The notes beneath the pieces were generated by a model. It was not told the origin of the DNA. It searched no databases and saw only the letters and a program-made list of their open reading frames with translations. The position numbers and the translations under genes were made by a program. DNA of 64,000 bases. Origin: Vicinamibacteria bacterium (GTDB taxonomy: Bacteria > Acidobacteriota > Vicinamibacteria > Marinacidobacterales > Marinacidobacteraceae). Each line of letters opens with the position of its first letter. Within the stretch, counting starts at the first letter, position 1. Location: positions 32,001 through 96,000 of the forward strand of contig OY821641.1 of assembly GCA_963555995.3 (NCBI GenBank), read 5' to 3'. Positions 37,522-49,428 of the stretch are shown here, piece by piece.

Positions 37522-39528
37522 ATGAGCCGGGCGGCCGATTTCCTCGGTCCCCGCGGGGTGCTCTCCGAGTCGCTGCCCGGTTTCGAGCACCGCGCCGGGC
37601 AGGTGGAGATGGCGGCGCGCGTCGAGGCGACGCTGAACGGCGACGGGGCGCTGATGATCGAGGCGGGAACCGGGATCGGCAAGTCGTTCGCCTATCTGAT
37701 CCCGGCGCTCCTCTGCGGGGAGCGGGTGGTGATCTCGACGGCGACCCGGAACCTCCAGGACCAGCTCTTCGAGAAGGATCTTCCCCAGCTTCAGGGCCTG
37801 CTGGGAAGCCGGGTCCCGGTGGCCCGGATGAAGGGACGGGAGAACTACCTGTGCAAGCTGGAGTGGGCGAAGTTCCAGACCGAAGGGGACCTGAAGCTCG
37901 ATTCCCGGCGCAGCGCCGACCTGCGCCGCATCGCCCGCTGGGCGGAGAAGACGAAGACCGGAGACCGCGACGAGATCCGGGGACTCCGGGGGCCGGCCGA
38001 CTACTGGCGCGGCATTTCCACCATTTCCGAGAACTGCATCGGCCGCCGCTGTCCCCATCACGAGGAGTGTCACCTGACGACCCTGCGGAAGCAGGCGCAT
38101 TCCAGCCGGATCCTGATCGTGAACCACCACCTGCTGGTGGCGGACCTGATCGTGCGCCAGACCGATTTCGGCGAGGTGCTGCCCGAGTACGACCACCTGA
38201 TCGTGGACGAGGCCCACCGGCTCGAAGACGCCGCCACGCATGGCCTTTCGAGCACGCTCTCCGGGGCGGCGGCGGACCGGCTCGCGACCGACCTGACGCG
38301 CTTCCTCAAGCGATCGGCCCCCGAACTCGCCTCCCCTCCGGCCATCCGCAAGCTCCGGCGTTCGTACGGCGAGCTCTTCGAGACCCTCGAACCCGAACGC
38401 GACGACCGGCCGCGGCTGTTCCATCCCGAGAGCCTGCCCCCCGAGGCCAGGGAGCACGCCGAGGCGGCCTCCCTGCAACTCCAGGCCCTCGAAGGCCATC
38501 TTCTGAAGGTGCGGGAAGCCCTGAGAGAGAACCCGCCGCCGGACGGGAGCGATGGCGAGACCGGCGCCGAGCGGCTGCTGAAGCGCGTCGCCGAGTTCCG
38601 CATCGAGTTGACCGCGCTGATGACGCCGCGACCCGACTACGTCCACTGGAGCGTGTTCCGGAGAGAGGCCGCGCGTCCGGAAAACGGGAACGGCAGGGCC
38701 CGGCCCCGCCGCGGGTCCACCTGCTTCGCCAGCACCGCCCCGGTGCATCCCGGCGGCGAACTGCGGCAGGGGCTCTTCGATCCCCTGAAGTCCTGCGTGC
38801 TGACCTCCGCGACGCTGGCGCTCGACGGCGGCTTCGACTACGCCGCCGACGCGCTCGGGGTGACGGCGGCCTCGGGAAAGGTCGTCCCCTCGCCCTTCCA
38901 GTTCGAGGATCAGGCGCGGCTCTACGTTCCGCGCGACCTGGTGGACCCCCGCGACCCGGGGTTTCAGGATGCCGCCGCCGACCGGATCCTCCACCTGGTC
39001 GGCGCCAGCCGGGGCCGGGCCCTCATCCTGTTCACGAGCTGGGGGAACCTGGACCGCGTGGGCCGGGTGCTCGGGACGGCCTGTCCCTTCCCGGTGCTGC
39101 GGCAGCAGCGCGGCGGCGGCCACGCGGCGCTCCTCAACTCCTTCCGGGAAACGCCGAACGCGGTCCTGCTGGGAGTGCGCTCGTTCTGGGAGGGGGTGGA
39201 CGTTCCGGGAGACGCGCTCACCCTGCTGGTGATCGACAAGCTGCCCTTCCCGGTGCCGTCGGATCCCCTGCACCGGGCGCGCGCCGACCGTGCCGAGGAG
39301 GCGACCGGCGACGGCTTCGCCAACTACTCGGTGCCGCAGGCGGCCCTGACCCTGAAGCAGGGTCTCGGCCGGCTGATCCGGACCCAGCAGGATGTCGGGC
39401 TGGCCGCGGTCCTCGACTCGCGCCTGGTGCGCATGGCCTACGGCCGCCGGCTGCTGCGCAGCCTGCCGCCCTTCCCCCTGATCACGGGGCTCGACGAGGC
39501 GACCGGGTTCCTGGAGTCGCTGCCGTGA
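37522..39528 (+). CDS. DinG/YoaA-family ATP-dependent DNA helicase
   Basis: EAGTGIGKS, KGRENYLC, NHHLL, DEAH, TSATL, FWEGVDVPG, KQGLGRLIR. Confidence 0.93.
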   Translation: MSRAADFLGPRGVLSESLPGFEHRAGQVEMAARVEATLNGDGALMIEAGTGIGKSFAYLIPALLCGERVVISTATRNLQDQLFEKDLPQLQGLLGSRVPVARMKGRENYLCKLEWAKFQTEGDLKLDSRRSADLRRIARWAEKTKTGDRDEIRGLRGPADYWRGISTISENCIGRRCPHHEECHLTTLRKQAHSSRILIVNHHLLVADLIVRQTDFGEVLPEYDHLIVDEAHRLEDAATHGLSSTLSGAAADRLATDLTRFLKRSAPELASPPAIRKLRRSYGELFETLEPERDDRPRLFHPESLPPEAREHAEAASLQLQALEGHLLKVREALRENPPPDGSDGETGAERLLKRVAEFRIELTALMTPRPDYVHWSVFRREAARPENGNGRARPRRGSTCFASTAPVHPGGELRQGLFDPLKSCVLTSATLALDGGFDYAADALGVTAASGKVVPSPFQFEDQARLYVPRDLVDPRDPGFQDAAADRILHLVGASRGRALILFTSWGNLDRVGRVLGTACPFPVLRQQRGGGHAALLNSFRETPNAVLLGVRSFWEGVDVPGDALTLLVIDKLPFPVPSDPLHRARADRAEEATGDGFANYSVPQAALTLKQGLGRLIRTQQDVGLAAVLDSRLVRMAYGRRLLRSLPPFPLITGLDEATGFLESLP

Positions 39529-40271
39529 GCCAGCCGTCGCTCGCGGAGCGCCTTGCCGCGGTGCGCGACCGGATCTCCGAGAGCTGCCGCCGCGCCGGGC
39601 GGGCCGAGGAAAGGGTGCGGCTGGTGGCGGTGTCGAAGACGCGGCCGGCCGCCGACATCGAAGCGGCGGCCGCGCTCGGCGTCACCGACTTCGGGGAGAA
39701 CCGGATCCAGGAGGCGGCCGCGAAGCTCCCGGGTCTCGGGGCCTCGATCACCCCGCACCTGATCGGACATCTCCAGCGCAACAAGGCCCGGCAGGCGGCG
39801 GGGCTGTTTCCCGTGATCCAGTCGGTGCACAGCGTTGCCCTCGCCACCCGGCTGAGCGGCATGGTCAGCCAGGGGGTCGTCCCGCCCGGCGGTCCTCCGA
39901 TCCGGGTGCTGGCGCAGGTGGACCTCGCCGGCGAGGCCTCCAAGTTCGGAATCCCCGAGGCCGACCTGCCGCGCGCTCTGGAGGAGATCGCCGGGCTGTC
40001 CGGCCTGCGGCTCTCCGGGCTGATGCTGATGCCGCCGTTCGATCCCGATCCGGAGGCCGTTCGCCCCTGGTTCGTCCGCCTCCGGGAGCTGGGCCGCCGC
40101 TTCGCGGAACGGGGCCTGTTGCCCCGCGACCCCGAGCTCTCGATGGGCATGAGTCACGACTTCGAGGTGGCCATCGCCGAGGGCGCCACCACGGTCCGCG
40201 TCGGGACCGCGATCTTCGGGCCCCGGCCCGCCGCCCGGCCGGTGGGCCAGACTCCTACTGGACCGGCGTAA
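39525..40271 (+). CDS. yggS: PLP homeostasis protein YggS
   Basis: LVAVSKT, FGENRIQE, HLIGHLQRNK, LSMGMSHDFEVAIAEGAT.VRVGTAIFG; GTGA overlap. Confidence 0.93.
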   Translation: MSQPSLAERLAAVRDRISESCRRAGRAEERVRLVAVSKTRPAADIEAAAALGVTDFGENRIQEAAAKLPGLGASITPHLIGHLQRNKARQAAGLFPVIQSVHSVALATRLSGMVSQGVVPPGGPPIRVLAQVDLAGEASKFGIPEADLPRALEEIAGLSGLRLSGLMLMPPFDPDPEAVRPWFVRLRELGRRFAERGLLPRDPELSMGMSHDFEVAIAEGATTVRVGTAIFGPRPAARPVGQTPTGPA

Positions 40272-40914
40272 AGAAGCGGTCCCAGCGGGTGCGGGAAAAG
40301 AAGCGCACCGGCAGGAGCAGCAGGTCCACGAGGCGCCGGGACAGCCGGGTCTCCAGGTATTCCTCGCGCGGCGCCCCGTAGGACCAGTAGATGAAGAGTC
40401 CCTTGCCCTTGATGTTCTCGGCGGGGAGCGCGCCCCAGTAGCGGCTGTCGTGGCTGTTGTCCCGGTTGTCCCCCATCACGAAATAGTGTCCGTCCGGCAC
40501 CCGGTATTCCCGCATTCCGGGCTGTCCGCCGTGGACGAACCGGGTGTAGTCCTCGGGCAGGGGATCGCCGTTGATGAGGACCTGCTTTCGTCCGATCTGG
40601 AGCGTTTCACCGGGGAGCCCCACGACCCGCTTGATGAAGTCCCGCTCGGGCTCCTCGGGGAACTTGAACACCACCACGTCGCCCCGCTCGACGTCACGCG
40701 ACGGCAACACACCGGCGCCGCCGTCCTGGTAGAGCATCTTGTTGACCATCAGGTGGTCGCCGATGAGCAGGTTGTCCTGCATGGAGCCGGTCGGGATCTT
40801 GAACGCCTGGAAGACGAAGGTGCGCACGAAGAGCGCGAGGATCACCGCGGCGCAGATGGACTCGAAGTACTCGCGCGCGGTGGAGCGCGGGCGCGCCGCG
40901 GCGGGAGCGGTCAT
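40255..40914 (-). CDS. lepB: Signal peptidase I
   Basis: IPTGSM, RGDVVVF, FIKRVVGLPGE, MGDNRDNSHDSRYWG. Confidence 0.95.
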   Translation of the reverse strand: MTAPAAARPRSTAREYFESICAAVILALFVRTFVFQAFKIPTGSMQDNLLIGDHLMVNKMLYQDGGAGVLPSRDVERGDVVVFKFPEEPERDFIKRVVGLPGETLQIGRKQVLINGDPLPEDYTRFVHGGQPGMREYRVPDGHYFVMGDNRDNSHDSRYWGALPAENIKGKGLFIYWSYGAPREEYLETRLSRRLVDLLLLPVRFFSRTRWDRFFTPVQ

Positions 40915-40924
40915 GACGGCCCGG

Positions 40925-41902
40925 TCAGGCGCCGTCCCAGGCCGGGGTCGCCGCTTCCTCCGGGGAACCGACCACCGTGGTGACCGTCTCCGGATCGAAG
41001 GACACGACGCCGATCGGCGCCTCGGGCGCCTCGGGGAAGAGGAGCTCGGGAACGATCTCGTAGATGCCGTCCCCGAGTCCGGCGCAGGTGACCACGGCGA
41101 AGAGGTTCGACTCATCCACCTGGTTCAGCATGCTCCGGGGGATGCGCACGTTGGCCAGGACCTCGTTGATGGAGGGCTGGCACTCGGGTTCGTCGGGCCC
41201 GCCGGGCGTGATCCAGACGGCCAGCCGCAGTTCGCGGGCTTCCCGCGCCTCGCCGATGTCAAGGCGGACGTCCACGTAGCGGACACTGGGACGGAGGGCG
41301 GGATCGAGCTCGATCTGGAGGCGCTGCGAAAAGGTCTCCCGCAGCCCCTGGGCGGAGATCGGCTCGGTGGTGATCTGCGCCGTGTCGCGCAGCAGCGACT
41401 CGGGCCCCTCCACCGCGAGTTCGAGGGGTTCGATCACCACGCTGTGGATCTCGAACCCCGTCGCGGGCTGGCCGAGCACGCGCGGGCTCACCCGGACGGT
41501 GCTGGTCAGGGTGCGGTCAAGACGCAGGAGCACCTGCGGGGGGTCCACCCGCATCACCTGCACGCCCGAGGGGGCTTCCACCGCTTCGGCCCCGAGAAAC
41601 CAGGTGCGCTCGCCGGGGGCTTCTCCCGCGAGGTCGAGCCGCGCGCGGAGTCCCTGGAGGGGGGAGTCGCGCAGCAGGCCGGAAGCGCCCCGGAGCCTCA
41701 CGTCCACCTCCTGCACCGACTGGTTCACGACTTCGAGTCCCGCCGGGACGTTGACGAGCTCCAGGGGGGTGGAAACGAGGACCTCGGCCCCCTGCTCGTC
41801 GGCGACGAAGAACCAGAGGCCGAATGCAAGCACGAGCGCCAGGATGGCGCGGAACATCTCGACCCCGCGGAAGGAGTCGGACCCCGCGGCGAACCTGCTC
41901 AA
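40925..41902 (-). CDS. cdaR: YbbR/CdaR-like regulator of diadenylate cyclase
   Basis: LALVLAFGLWFFV anchor, YbbR-like repeats, overlaps cdaA. Confidence 0.82.
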   Translation of the reverse strand: MSRFAAGSDSFRGVEMFRAILALVLAFGLWFFVADEQGAEVLVSTPLELVNVPAGLEVVNQSVQEVDVRLRGASGLLRDSPLQGLRARLDLAGEAPGERTWFLGAEAVEAPSGVQVMRVDPPQVLLRLDRTLTSTVRVSPRVLGQPATGFEIHSVVIEPLELAVEGPESLLRDTAQITTEPISAQGLRETFSQRLQIELDPALRPSVRYVDVRLDIGEAREARELRLAVWITPGGPDEPECQPSINEVLANVRIPRSMLNQVDESNLFAVVTCAGLGDGIYEIVPELLFPEAPEAPIGVVSFDPETVTTVVGSPEEAATPAWDGA

Positions 41903-42747
41903 CGGACGGCCTCCGGACTCGAGAGCCGGCGGGCGGGCGCCGGCGCGGAGGCGCCGGACGGGGCCGGACGCGACCTCGCGAGTTCCGCTTCCAGGTCCGA
42001 GCGGTCGGCGACCGGCACGATCCGCCCGCCGGAAACCACGCTCGCCTGCCCGGTCTCCTCGGAGACGACCAGCACCGTGGCATCGGTCTCTTCGGTAAGA
42101 CCCAGCGCGGCGCGGTGCCGGGTCCCTCCGAACCCGCGTTCGGCATCGTGCCGGGAGAGGGGGAGCACGCAGCGGGCGGCGACGATCCGGTCGCCGCTGA
42201 CGATGGCGGCTCCATCATGCAGCGGGGAGGTGGGCTGGAACAGCGAGACCAGCAGTTGCGAACTCAGTTTGGCGTCCACCGGCATGCCGGAGTCGGCATA
42301 GCTCTTCAGGCCGATGTTCCCCTGCCAGACGACGATGGCGCCCACCCGGTGGCGGGAGAGATCGGTGGCGGCTTCGACCAGCGTCGCGATGGTGGCGCGT
42401 TGCGGGTCCTGATCCCGGCGCCGGCCGCGGAGGAAACCGCCGCCGCCGATCTGGGCGAGGCCGGTCCTGATCTCCGCCTGATAGAGGACGATGATCGCGA
42501 TTCCCAGATAGGGCAGCGTGTTGCGCACGATCCACTGGACGGTGGTGAGCCCGAGCTGGCTCGACCCGGTGAGCAGCAGCAGGCCGCCGACGATCACGGT
42601 ACCGAAGGCCATCTGGGAGGCGCGGCGGCCCTCGATGAGCTTGAGCAGGACGTAGATCGCCCCGGCCACCAGGAGGATGTCCAGGACGTCCGTCCAGGAC
42701 AGGCGCGCCGCGAGTGTCTCGGCCAGTTCGAGGATTCTTTCGGTCAA
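41899..42747 (-). CDS. cdaA: Diadenylate cyclase CdaA/DacA
   Basis: Three TM helices; PLHDGA; GTRHRAALGLTEETDA; VSEETG. Confidence 0.93.
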   Translation of the reverse strand: MTERILELAETLAARLSWTDVLDILLVAGAIYVLLKLIEGRRASQMAFGTVIVGGLLLLTGSSQLGLTTVQWIVRNTLPYLGIAIIVLYQAEIRTGLAQIGGGGFLRGRRRDQDPQRATIATLVEAATDLSRHRVGAIVVWQGNIGLKSYADSGMPVDAKLSSQLLVSLFQPTSPLHDGAAIVSGDRIVAARCVLPLSRHDAERGFGGTRHRAALGLTEETDATVLVVSEETGQASVVSGGRIVPVADRSDLEAELARSRPAPSGASAPAPARRLSSPEAVR

Positions 42748-42786
42748 TCGGAACTCTTGCGCCGGCTGGGAGCTCCCCCCGCTTGT

Positions 42787-44709
<1,923 letters not shown>

Positions 44710-44884
44710 CTCAACTCAACAGTCTGCGGGGAACCGGCCGCGTGACTCTGCTCACCGGCTCTCGGTTTTCGTCACTCATACGAAGGAAGTCGGCAAATTA
44801 TAGGTTGCGGCCCGATTCTCCCGGCCGGGCGGGCTCGGGGGCCGGGCATCAGCCGCGTTCGACGCCGGCGACATCGGGAGTACC

Positions 44885-46015
44885 TCAGGACCCGCCGGCG
44901 CTGCCCACGGGGGCCTTTTCGGCGGGCGACAGGGTCAGCACCCGCCGCTCCAGCCGGGCGACCGCCCCCGGCAGATCCACCGAGGACCCGCCGCGGCCCG
45001 CCCGGACGAGACCGAGCACCGCCTCGATGTGCACGGCCCCGATGCGCCGCAGGTCTCCGCGCGCGGTCCGGAGTCCTTCCCGGACCAGGCGGCGCGCCAG
45101 CGCCGGGCGCGCCGCGCCGAGCGCGGCGGCCGGAAACCGGACCGCGGTGGCGCCGCCGCACTCCACCACGGTCGCCACCTCCCGGAAGCGTTCGGCAGTG
45201 ATTTCGCTCAGCCACTCCTCGTCGTCCCGCAGGAGCGAGGCGGTCCGGCCGAGCGCCGCTTCCGCCTGCGGGTTCACTGCGTCCCGCAGGAGTGGAAGGG
45301 CCTCGCGCCGGACCCGGTTCCGGGTGAATCCGTCGAGTTCGTTGGATGGATCGGGATAGAACGGCCACCCCGCTGCGGTCACGAGTTCGTGGATGCCGGT
45401 CCGCGAGACCGCGAGCAGCGGCCGGACGATCAGGAGTCCCCGCTCGTCGTTCCGGACGGGGGCCATGGCGCCGAGCCCGAGGGCGCCGGCGCCGCGGGTC
45501 AACCGGAGCAGGACGGTCTCGGCCTGGTCGGTCAGGGTGTGCCCGAGGAGGACGGTGTGGATGCCCCGTTCGCGGGCGACTTCGGCGAGGAAATCGAGCC
45601 GGGCCAGTCTGCCGGCCTCTTCGATGGAGCGGCCCTCCTGGCGGGCGCGGTCCTGGACGTCGCGCCGGCCGGTGACGCACTCGATCCCGAGCGACGACGC
45701 GACGGTCCGCGCGAACCTCGCCTGCTTCCCGGAATCGGGGCGGAGCCGGTGGTCGAGGTGCGCCGCCAGGAGCGCCGGACCGCCCGCCCTCTCGCGCACC
45801 CCGCCGCGGGCGCCGAGCAGGTGCAGCAGCGCCGTCGAGTCCATGCCCCCGGAAAACCCGACCAGGACGGACCGGTTCCCGGCATCGTCCGGAAACCAGT
45901 CGAGGGCGGCGGCGAGCGCTTCCTCGACGGCCGCGCGAACCGGGCGAGCCGATGTTTCCTTCTCGGGCGGCGAAACCCGGGAGACTCCGGGATCAGGCGC
46001 TGGCCGAGGTTCCAT
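44885..46015 (-). CDS. tilS: tRNA(Ile)-lysidine synthetase
   Basis: SGGMDS, HLDHRLR, GHTLTDQAETVLLRL, DPSN, RNRVR. Confidence 0.92.
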   Translation of the reverse strand: MEPRPAPDPGVSRVSPPEKETSARPVRAAVEEALAAALDWFPDDAGNRSVLVGFSGGMDSTALLHLLGARGGVRERAGGPALLAAHLDHRLRPDSGKQARFARTVASSLGIECVTGRRDVQDRARQEGRSIEEAGRLARLDFLAEVARERGIHTVLLGHTLTDQAETVLLRLTRGAGALGLGAMAPVRNDERGLLIVRPLLAVSRTGIHELVTAAGWPFYPDPSNELDGFTRNRVRREALPLLRDAVNPQAEAALGRTASLLRDDEEWLSEITAERFREVATVVECGGATAVRFPAAALGAARPALARRLVREGLRTARGDLRRIGAVHIEAVLGLVRAGRGGSSVDLPGAVARLERRVLTLSPAEKAPVGSAGGS

Positions 46016-47309
46016 CCTGCTTCGCCCCCGAGCCGGATGATCCCGCAGTGCCCGGCTCGATCCGCAGCCGGGTGATCCGGTGGCCGTCCACGGCCATCAC
46101 CCGGAGCACGGCCCCCGGAATCGAGACGGTTTCCCCCGCTTCCGGGATATGGCCGGTGCGGGCGAGCACGAATCCCGCCACGGTGTCGTAGTCATCGCCC
46201 GGCGGAATCTCGATCGCTGCTTCGGGGCCGCTCGCGCCGGGTCCGTGCTGGGCGAGTTCGGCGTTGGCCTCGGAAACGGTCAGGGTGCCGTCGAGCAGAA
46301 AGCTCCCCCCGGGCCCCGGCGCGCGCTCGCCGGGTGCGGGACCGCGAATGGCTTCGAGGAGCGAACTCGAGGTGACCAGCCCTTCGACCCCCCCGTGTTC
46401 GTCCACCACGATGAGCATGCGGCAGGACTGTTCGCGCATCTGGACGAGCGCCTGGGCGAGCGTCGCGGTACCCGGAGAAAAGCGTGCCGGCGTCAGGTGG
46501 TCTTCCGGCCGGAAGCCGGCCCCGGATTCGACGGCCGGCAGGACGTCGCGAAGATCCATGATGCCCCGGACGTCGTCGAGGGTGCTTCCCACCACCGGGA
46601 GCCGCGTATGGCCGTGCTGGCGGAAGAGCCGCATCGCCTCCGCGACTTCAGCGCCGAACGGGACGGCCACGATCGCCCGCCTCGGGGTCATGACCTCGGT
46701 GAGCCGCCGTCCGGTGGCGTCGGCGAGCCGCACCAGGACCTGCCGTTCGACGGCGTCGGCGTCGGGGGATCCGAACCGCAGGCTCTCCCGCATCTCGGCG
46801 GCGCTGATGGCCGTCTCGCGCGCCGGACGCGAGATGCCGAAGACCCGCAGCAGGTTCGTCACCAGCCAGGACAGGGCGGCGGCGATCGGGCCGAGGAGCC
46901 GGAGAAACCCCTGCACCGGGCGCACCATGCTCAACGACCACTTCTCGGAATGGCGGGCGGCGATGCTCTTGGGCACCATCTCGCCGAAGACGAGCAGGGC
47001 GGCGCCGACGAGAAGCGTCGCGAGGGTCGCCGCGCGGGCGCGCTCCTCGGTCGTCTCGGCTCCCGCCGAGAGCACCACCGTGGCGAGCACGCCGGCGAGC
47101 ACGTTGGCGAAGACGTTTCCCGTCAGGATCGCTCCCAGGAAGCGTTCCGGATGCTCGGCCACCCGGACGACGGCGGCGGCCTTGCGGCTCCTGACCGCGA
47201 GGGCGCGCAGGCGGTGCAGCCGCACCGCCATGAAGGCGGTTTCCGATCCCGAGAAGAAGGCCGAAAGGACCAGTACCCCGAGGAGCGCCGCCGCGAAGGC
47301 CCAGGTCAC
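45993..47309 (-). CDS. CNNM/hemolysin-family protein (DUF21-CBS-CorC)
   Basis: SAFFSGSETAF, FGEMVPK, VMTPR, VVDEHGG, YDTVAGF. Confidence 0.9.
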   Translation of the reverse strand: MTWAFAAALLGVLVLSAFFSGSETAFMAVRLHRLRALAVRSRKAAAVVRVAEHPERFLGAILTGNVFANVLAGVLATVVLSAGAETTEERARAATLATLLVGAALLVFGEMVPKSIAARHSEKWSLSMVRPVQGFLRLLGPIAAALSWLVTNLLRVFGISRPARETAISAAEMRESLRFGSPDADAVERQVLVRLADATGRRLTEVMTPRRAIVAVPFGAEVAEAMRLFRQHGHTRLPVVGSTLDDVRGIMDLRDVLPAVESGAGFRPEDHLTPARFSPGTATLAQALVQMREQSCRMLIVVDEHGGVEGLVTSSSLLEAIRGPAPGERAPGPGGSFLLDGTLTVSEANAELAQHGPGASGPEAAIEIPPGDDYDTVAGFVLARTGHIPEAGETVSIPGAVLRVMAVDGHRITRLRIEPGTAGSSGSGAKQDGTSASA

Positions 47310-47328
47310 CCTTGGTACGCCGGGCGGT

Positions 47329-48432
47329 TCACGCGAGAGTCCCGGCCGACGCCTCCGGACGCAACGTGCGGTACTTGGTGTCCCTTTGAACCGGAGTGAA
47401 ACCGGCTTCCCGGATCAGGATCTGCACCTCGTCAATGCTCGTGCGGTTGATGAAACCCGTGCACGCGTGAACGTTCTCCTCGAGCAGGGTGCCCCCGAAG
47501 TCGTCGGCGCCCCAGTGAAGGCCGACCTGGCCGGCCTTCTTCCCCTCGCTGAACCACGATGCCTGGATGTGATCGAAGTTGTCCAGCATCAGACGCGAGA
47601 CACCGAGGATACGGAGGTAGTCGTTCGGTCCCGCGTAGTGCGGGATCTTCCGGACGAGCGGCGTGTTGCCGGGTTTGAAACTCCAGGGCACGAACGCCGT
47701 GAAACCGTGGAACTCGTCCTGCAGCTCGCGGATGCTCAGCAGGTGGGTGACGATGTCTTCGGTCGTTTCCACGTGGCCGTACATCATGGTCGCGGTACTC
47801 ACGAATCCCACCGCGTGGGCCTCGCGATGCACATCGAGCCAGGCGGCCGCTCCCCCCTTCTTGTGGGACACCTTCCGCCGCACCCGGTCGCTCAGGATCT
47901 CGGCGCCGCCGCCGGGGAGCGTGTCCTGCCCAGCCTCCTTGAGCTTGACGAGGACCTCGCGAATGCCGAGCCTGCTGACCTTCGCCATACCTTCGACCTC
48001 GACGGCCGACCAGTAGTGCGGGGTCACCTCCGGAAAGCGTTCGCGCGTACCGCGGACGAGATCGAGGTAGTAGTCGAGCGGCAGCGACTCGTTCACCCCG
48101 CCCTGCAGGAGGACGGTGGTCGCGCCCTGCTCGACCGCCCTGCCGATGCGGTCCAGCATTTCCTCGACCGAATGGGTATAGGCCTCCGCGTGTCCCGGGG
48201 GCCGATAGAAGGCGCAGAAGGTGCAGTCCACCTCGCAGACGTTCGTGTAGTTGGGATTCGTATCGACCACGAAGGTGACTTCCCGCTCCGGATTCCGGCG
48301 GAAACGGTCGTGGTTGGCAAGCTCTCCGACGAACAGCAGGGGAGCCTCGTCCATCAACCAGACGGCATCAGCTTCCGAGAGCCGCACGCGGCTCTCCACC
48401 TTGCGCCGGATCCGGTCCATTGCGCCAGTCAT
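47329..48432 (-). CDS. mqnC: Cyclic dehypoxanthinyl futalosine synthase (radical SAM)
   Basis: NYTNVCEVDCTFCAF, LLQGG, PGGGAEIL, ATMMYGHVE, HIQASW; cluster context. Confidence 0.88.
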   Translation of the reverse strand: MTGAMDRIRRKVESRVRLSEADAVWLMDEAPLLFVGELANHDRFRRNPEREVTFVVDTNPNYTNVCEVDCTFCAFYRPPGHAEAYTHSVEEMLDRIGRAVEQGATTVLLQGGVNESLPLDYYLDLVRGTRERFPEVTPHYWSAVEVEGMAKVSRLGIREVLVKLKEAGQDTLPGGGAEILSDRVRRKVSHKKGGAAAWLDVHREAHAVGFVSTATMMYGHVETTEDIVTHLLSIRELQDEFHGFTAFVPWSFKPGNTPLVRKIPHYAGPNDYLRILGVSRLMLDNFDHIQASWFSEGKKAGQVGLHWGADDFGGTLLEENVHACTGFINRTSIDEVQILIREAGFTPVQRDTKYRTLRPEASAGTLA

Positions 48433-49220
48433 GACACGCCGTTCCTTGCCTCCGAGGGGGGAATCAGATCGTTTTCGCTCACCAGTCGCCGGAAGGTTTC
48501 AAGACCCCGGCGCTCCAGTTCGTCGAAACGATAGGTGAAGTCCGAGAGATACGTCGCGATGGTCGCTCGTTCTCCCAGCGGCCCTGCCGCCTCGTCCGCG
48601 ATTTCGGGAATCCTCTCGACGCCGCGCTCGAGCGAGGCGGCGATCGTTTCCCGGAGCCCGGACCGCTTGGCCGAAGTCAGCGACCGGCGCGCGCTCCAGA
48701 TCGCGAAGACGAAGGGCAGTCCGGTCCAATCCCTCCAGCGGGCAGCGAGGTCGTAACGGTAGGGGAACCGCGGATCGGGCCGTTCCCGCTCCCGAAGCGC
48801 CTCGTCGCCGATCAGGAGGACGGCCTCGTGCTCCCGTGTGATCCCCGGGCGGTACTCCGGACGCTCGATGCCGAGCCGCTGTTCGAGCCAGAGCCGGAGC
48901 AACAGCACCGAGGTCGAGGTCTCCCGGGTGATCTCGACGATCTTGCCGCCGAGCTGCTCCGGCGGGCGCCGCGACAGCAGAAACACGCTTCCCGCCTGCT
49001 CGCGGCACGCGATTCCGAAGGCGCCGCGCGGGTCCCCCAGCGGCGAGTACCGTGCTTCGTTGCGCATCAGGTCTCCCGCCGAAAGAAGTCCGGCGTCGAG
49101 TTCGGAAGTCGCCGCGAGCCGGCCGATCTCGGACGGAGACGCGCGGAACACGCGCAGGCCCGGAAAGGGCTCGAAGGGCCGGGTATTGAGGTAGGCGAGT
49201 TGCCCGAGCAGCAGGCGCAC
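48429..49220 (-). CDS. mqnA: Chorismate dehydratase
   Basis: YLNTRP, TSTSVLL, LLIGDEAL, DLAARWRDWTGLPFVFAIW. Confidence 0.88.
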   Translation of the reverse strand: MRLLLGQLAYLNTRPFEPFPGLRVFRASPSEIGRLAATSELDAGLLSAGDLMRNEARYSPLGDPRGAFGIACREQAGSVFLLSRRPPEQLGGKIVEITRETSTSVLLLRLWLEQRLGIERPEYRPGITREHEAVLLIGDEALRERERPDPRFPYRYDLAARWRDWTGLPFVFAIWSARRSLTSAKRSGLRETIAASLERGVERIPEIADEAAGPLGERATIATYLSDFTYRFDELERRGLETFRRLVSENDLIPPSEARNGVS

Positions 49221-49249
49221 TGGGGAGAATCGGCTCCGCGGGCGGTCAG

Positions 49250-49428
49250 CAGCCTGTGGATAAAGTGACGTGAGTGCCGAGAACGCCGAGGCGCCCGGCT
49301 GACAAGGCGCGTGAGGGAGGAATACCGAGCGTATTCCGACCGAAACGCAACGCAGAGCGCCTCGTAGAGGCGCGGTTCAGGCAGGATGCATCGGCGTTCG
49401 AATGCCGCGTGACTTTGTCCACAGGCTG
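49250..49428 (+). mobile_element. 179-bp MITE-like element
   Basis: CAGCCTGTGGATAAAG...CTTTGTCCACAGGCTG; flanks TCAG and CTAG, where the CTAG contains the mqnE stop. Confidence 0.88.

Noticed and set aside
37851-40271. 806-aa ORF as a fusion protein
   Set aside because: The 5' part is an alternative frame of the helicase; yggS starts at GTG 39525.
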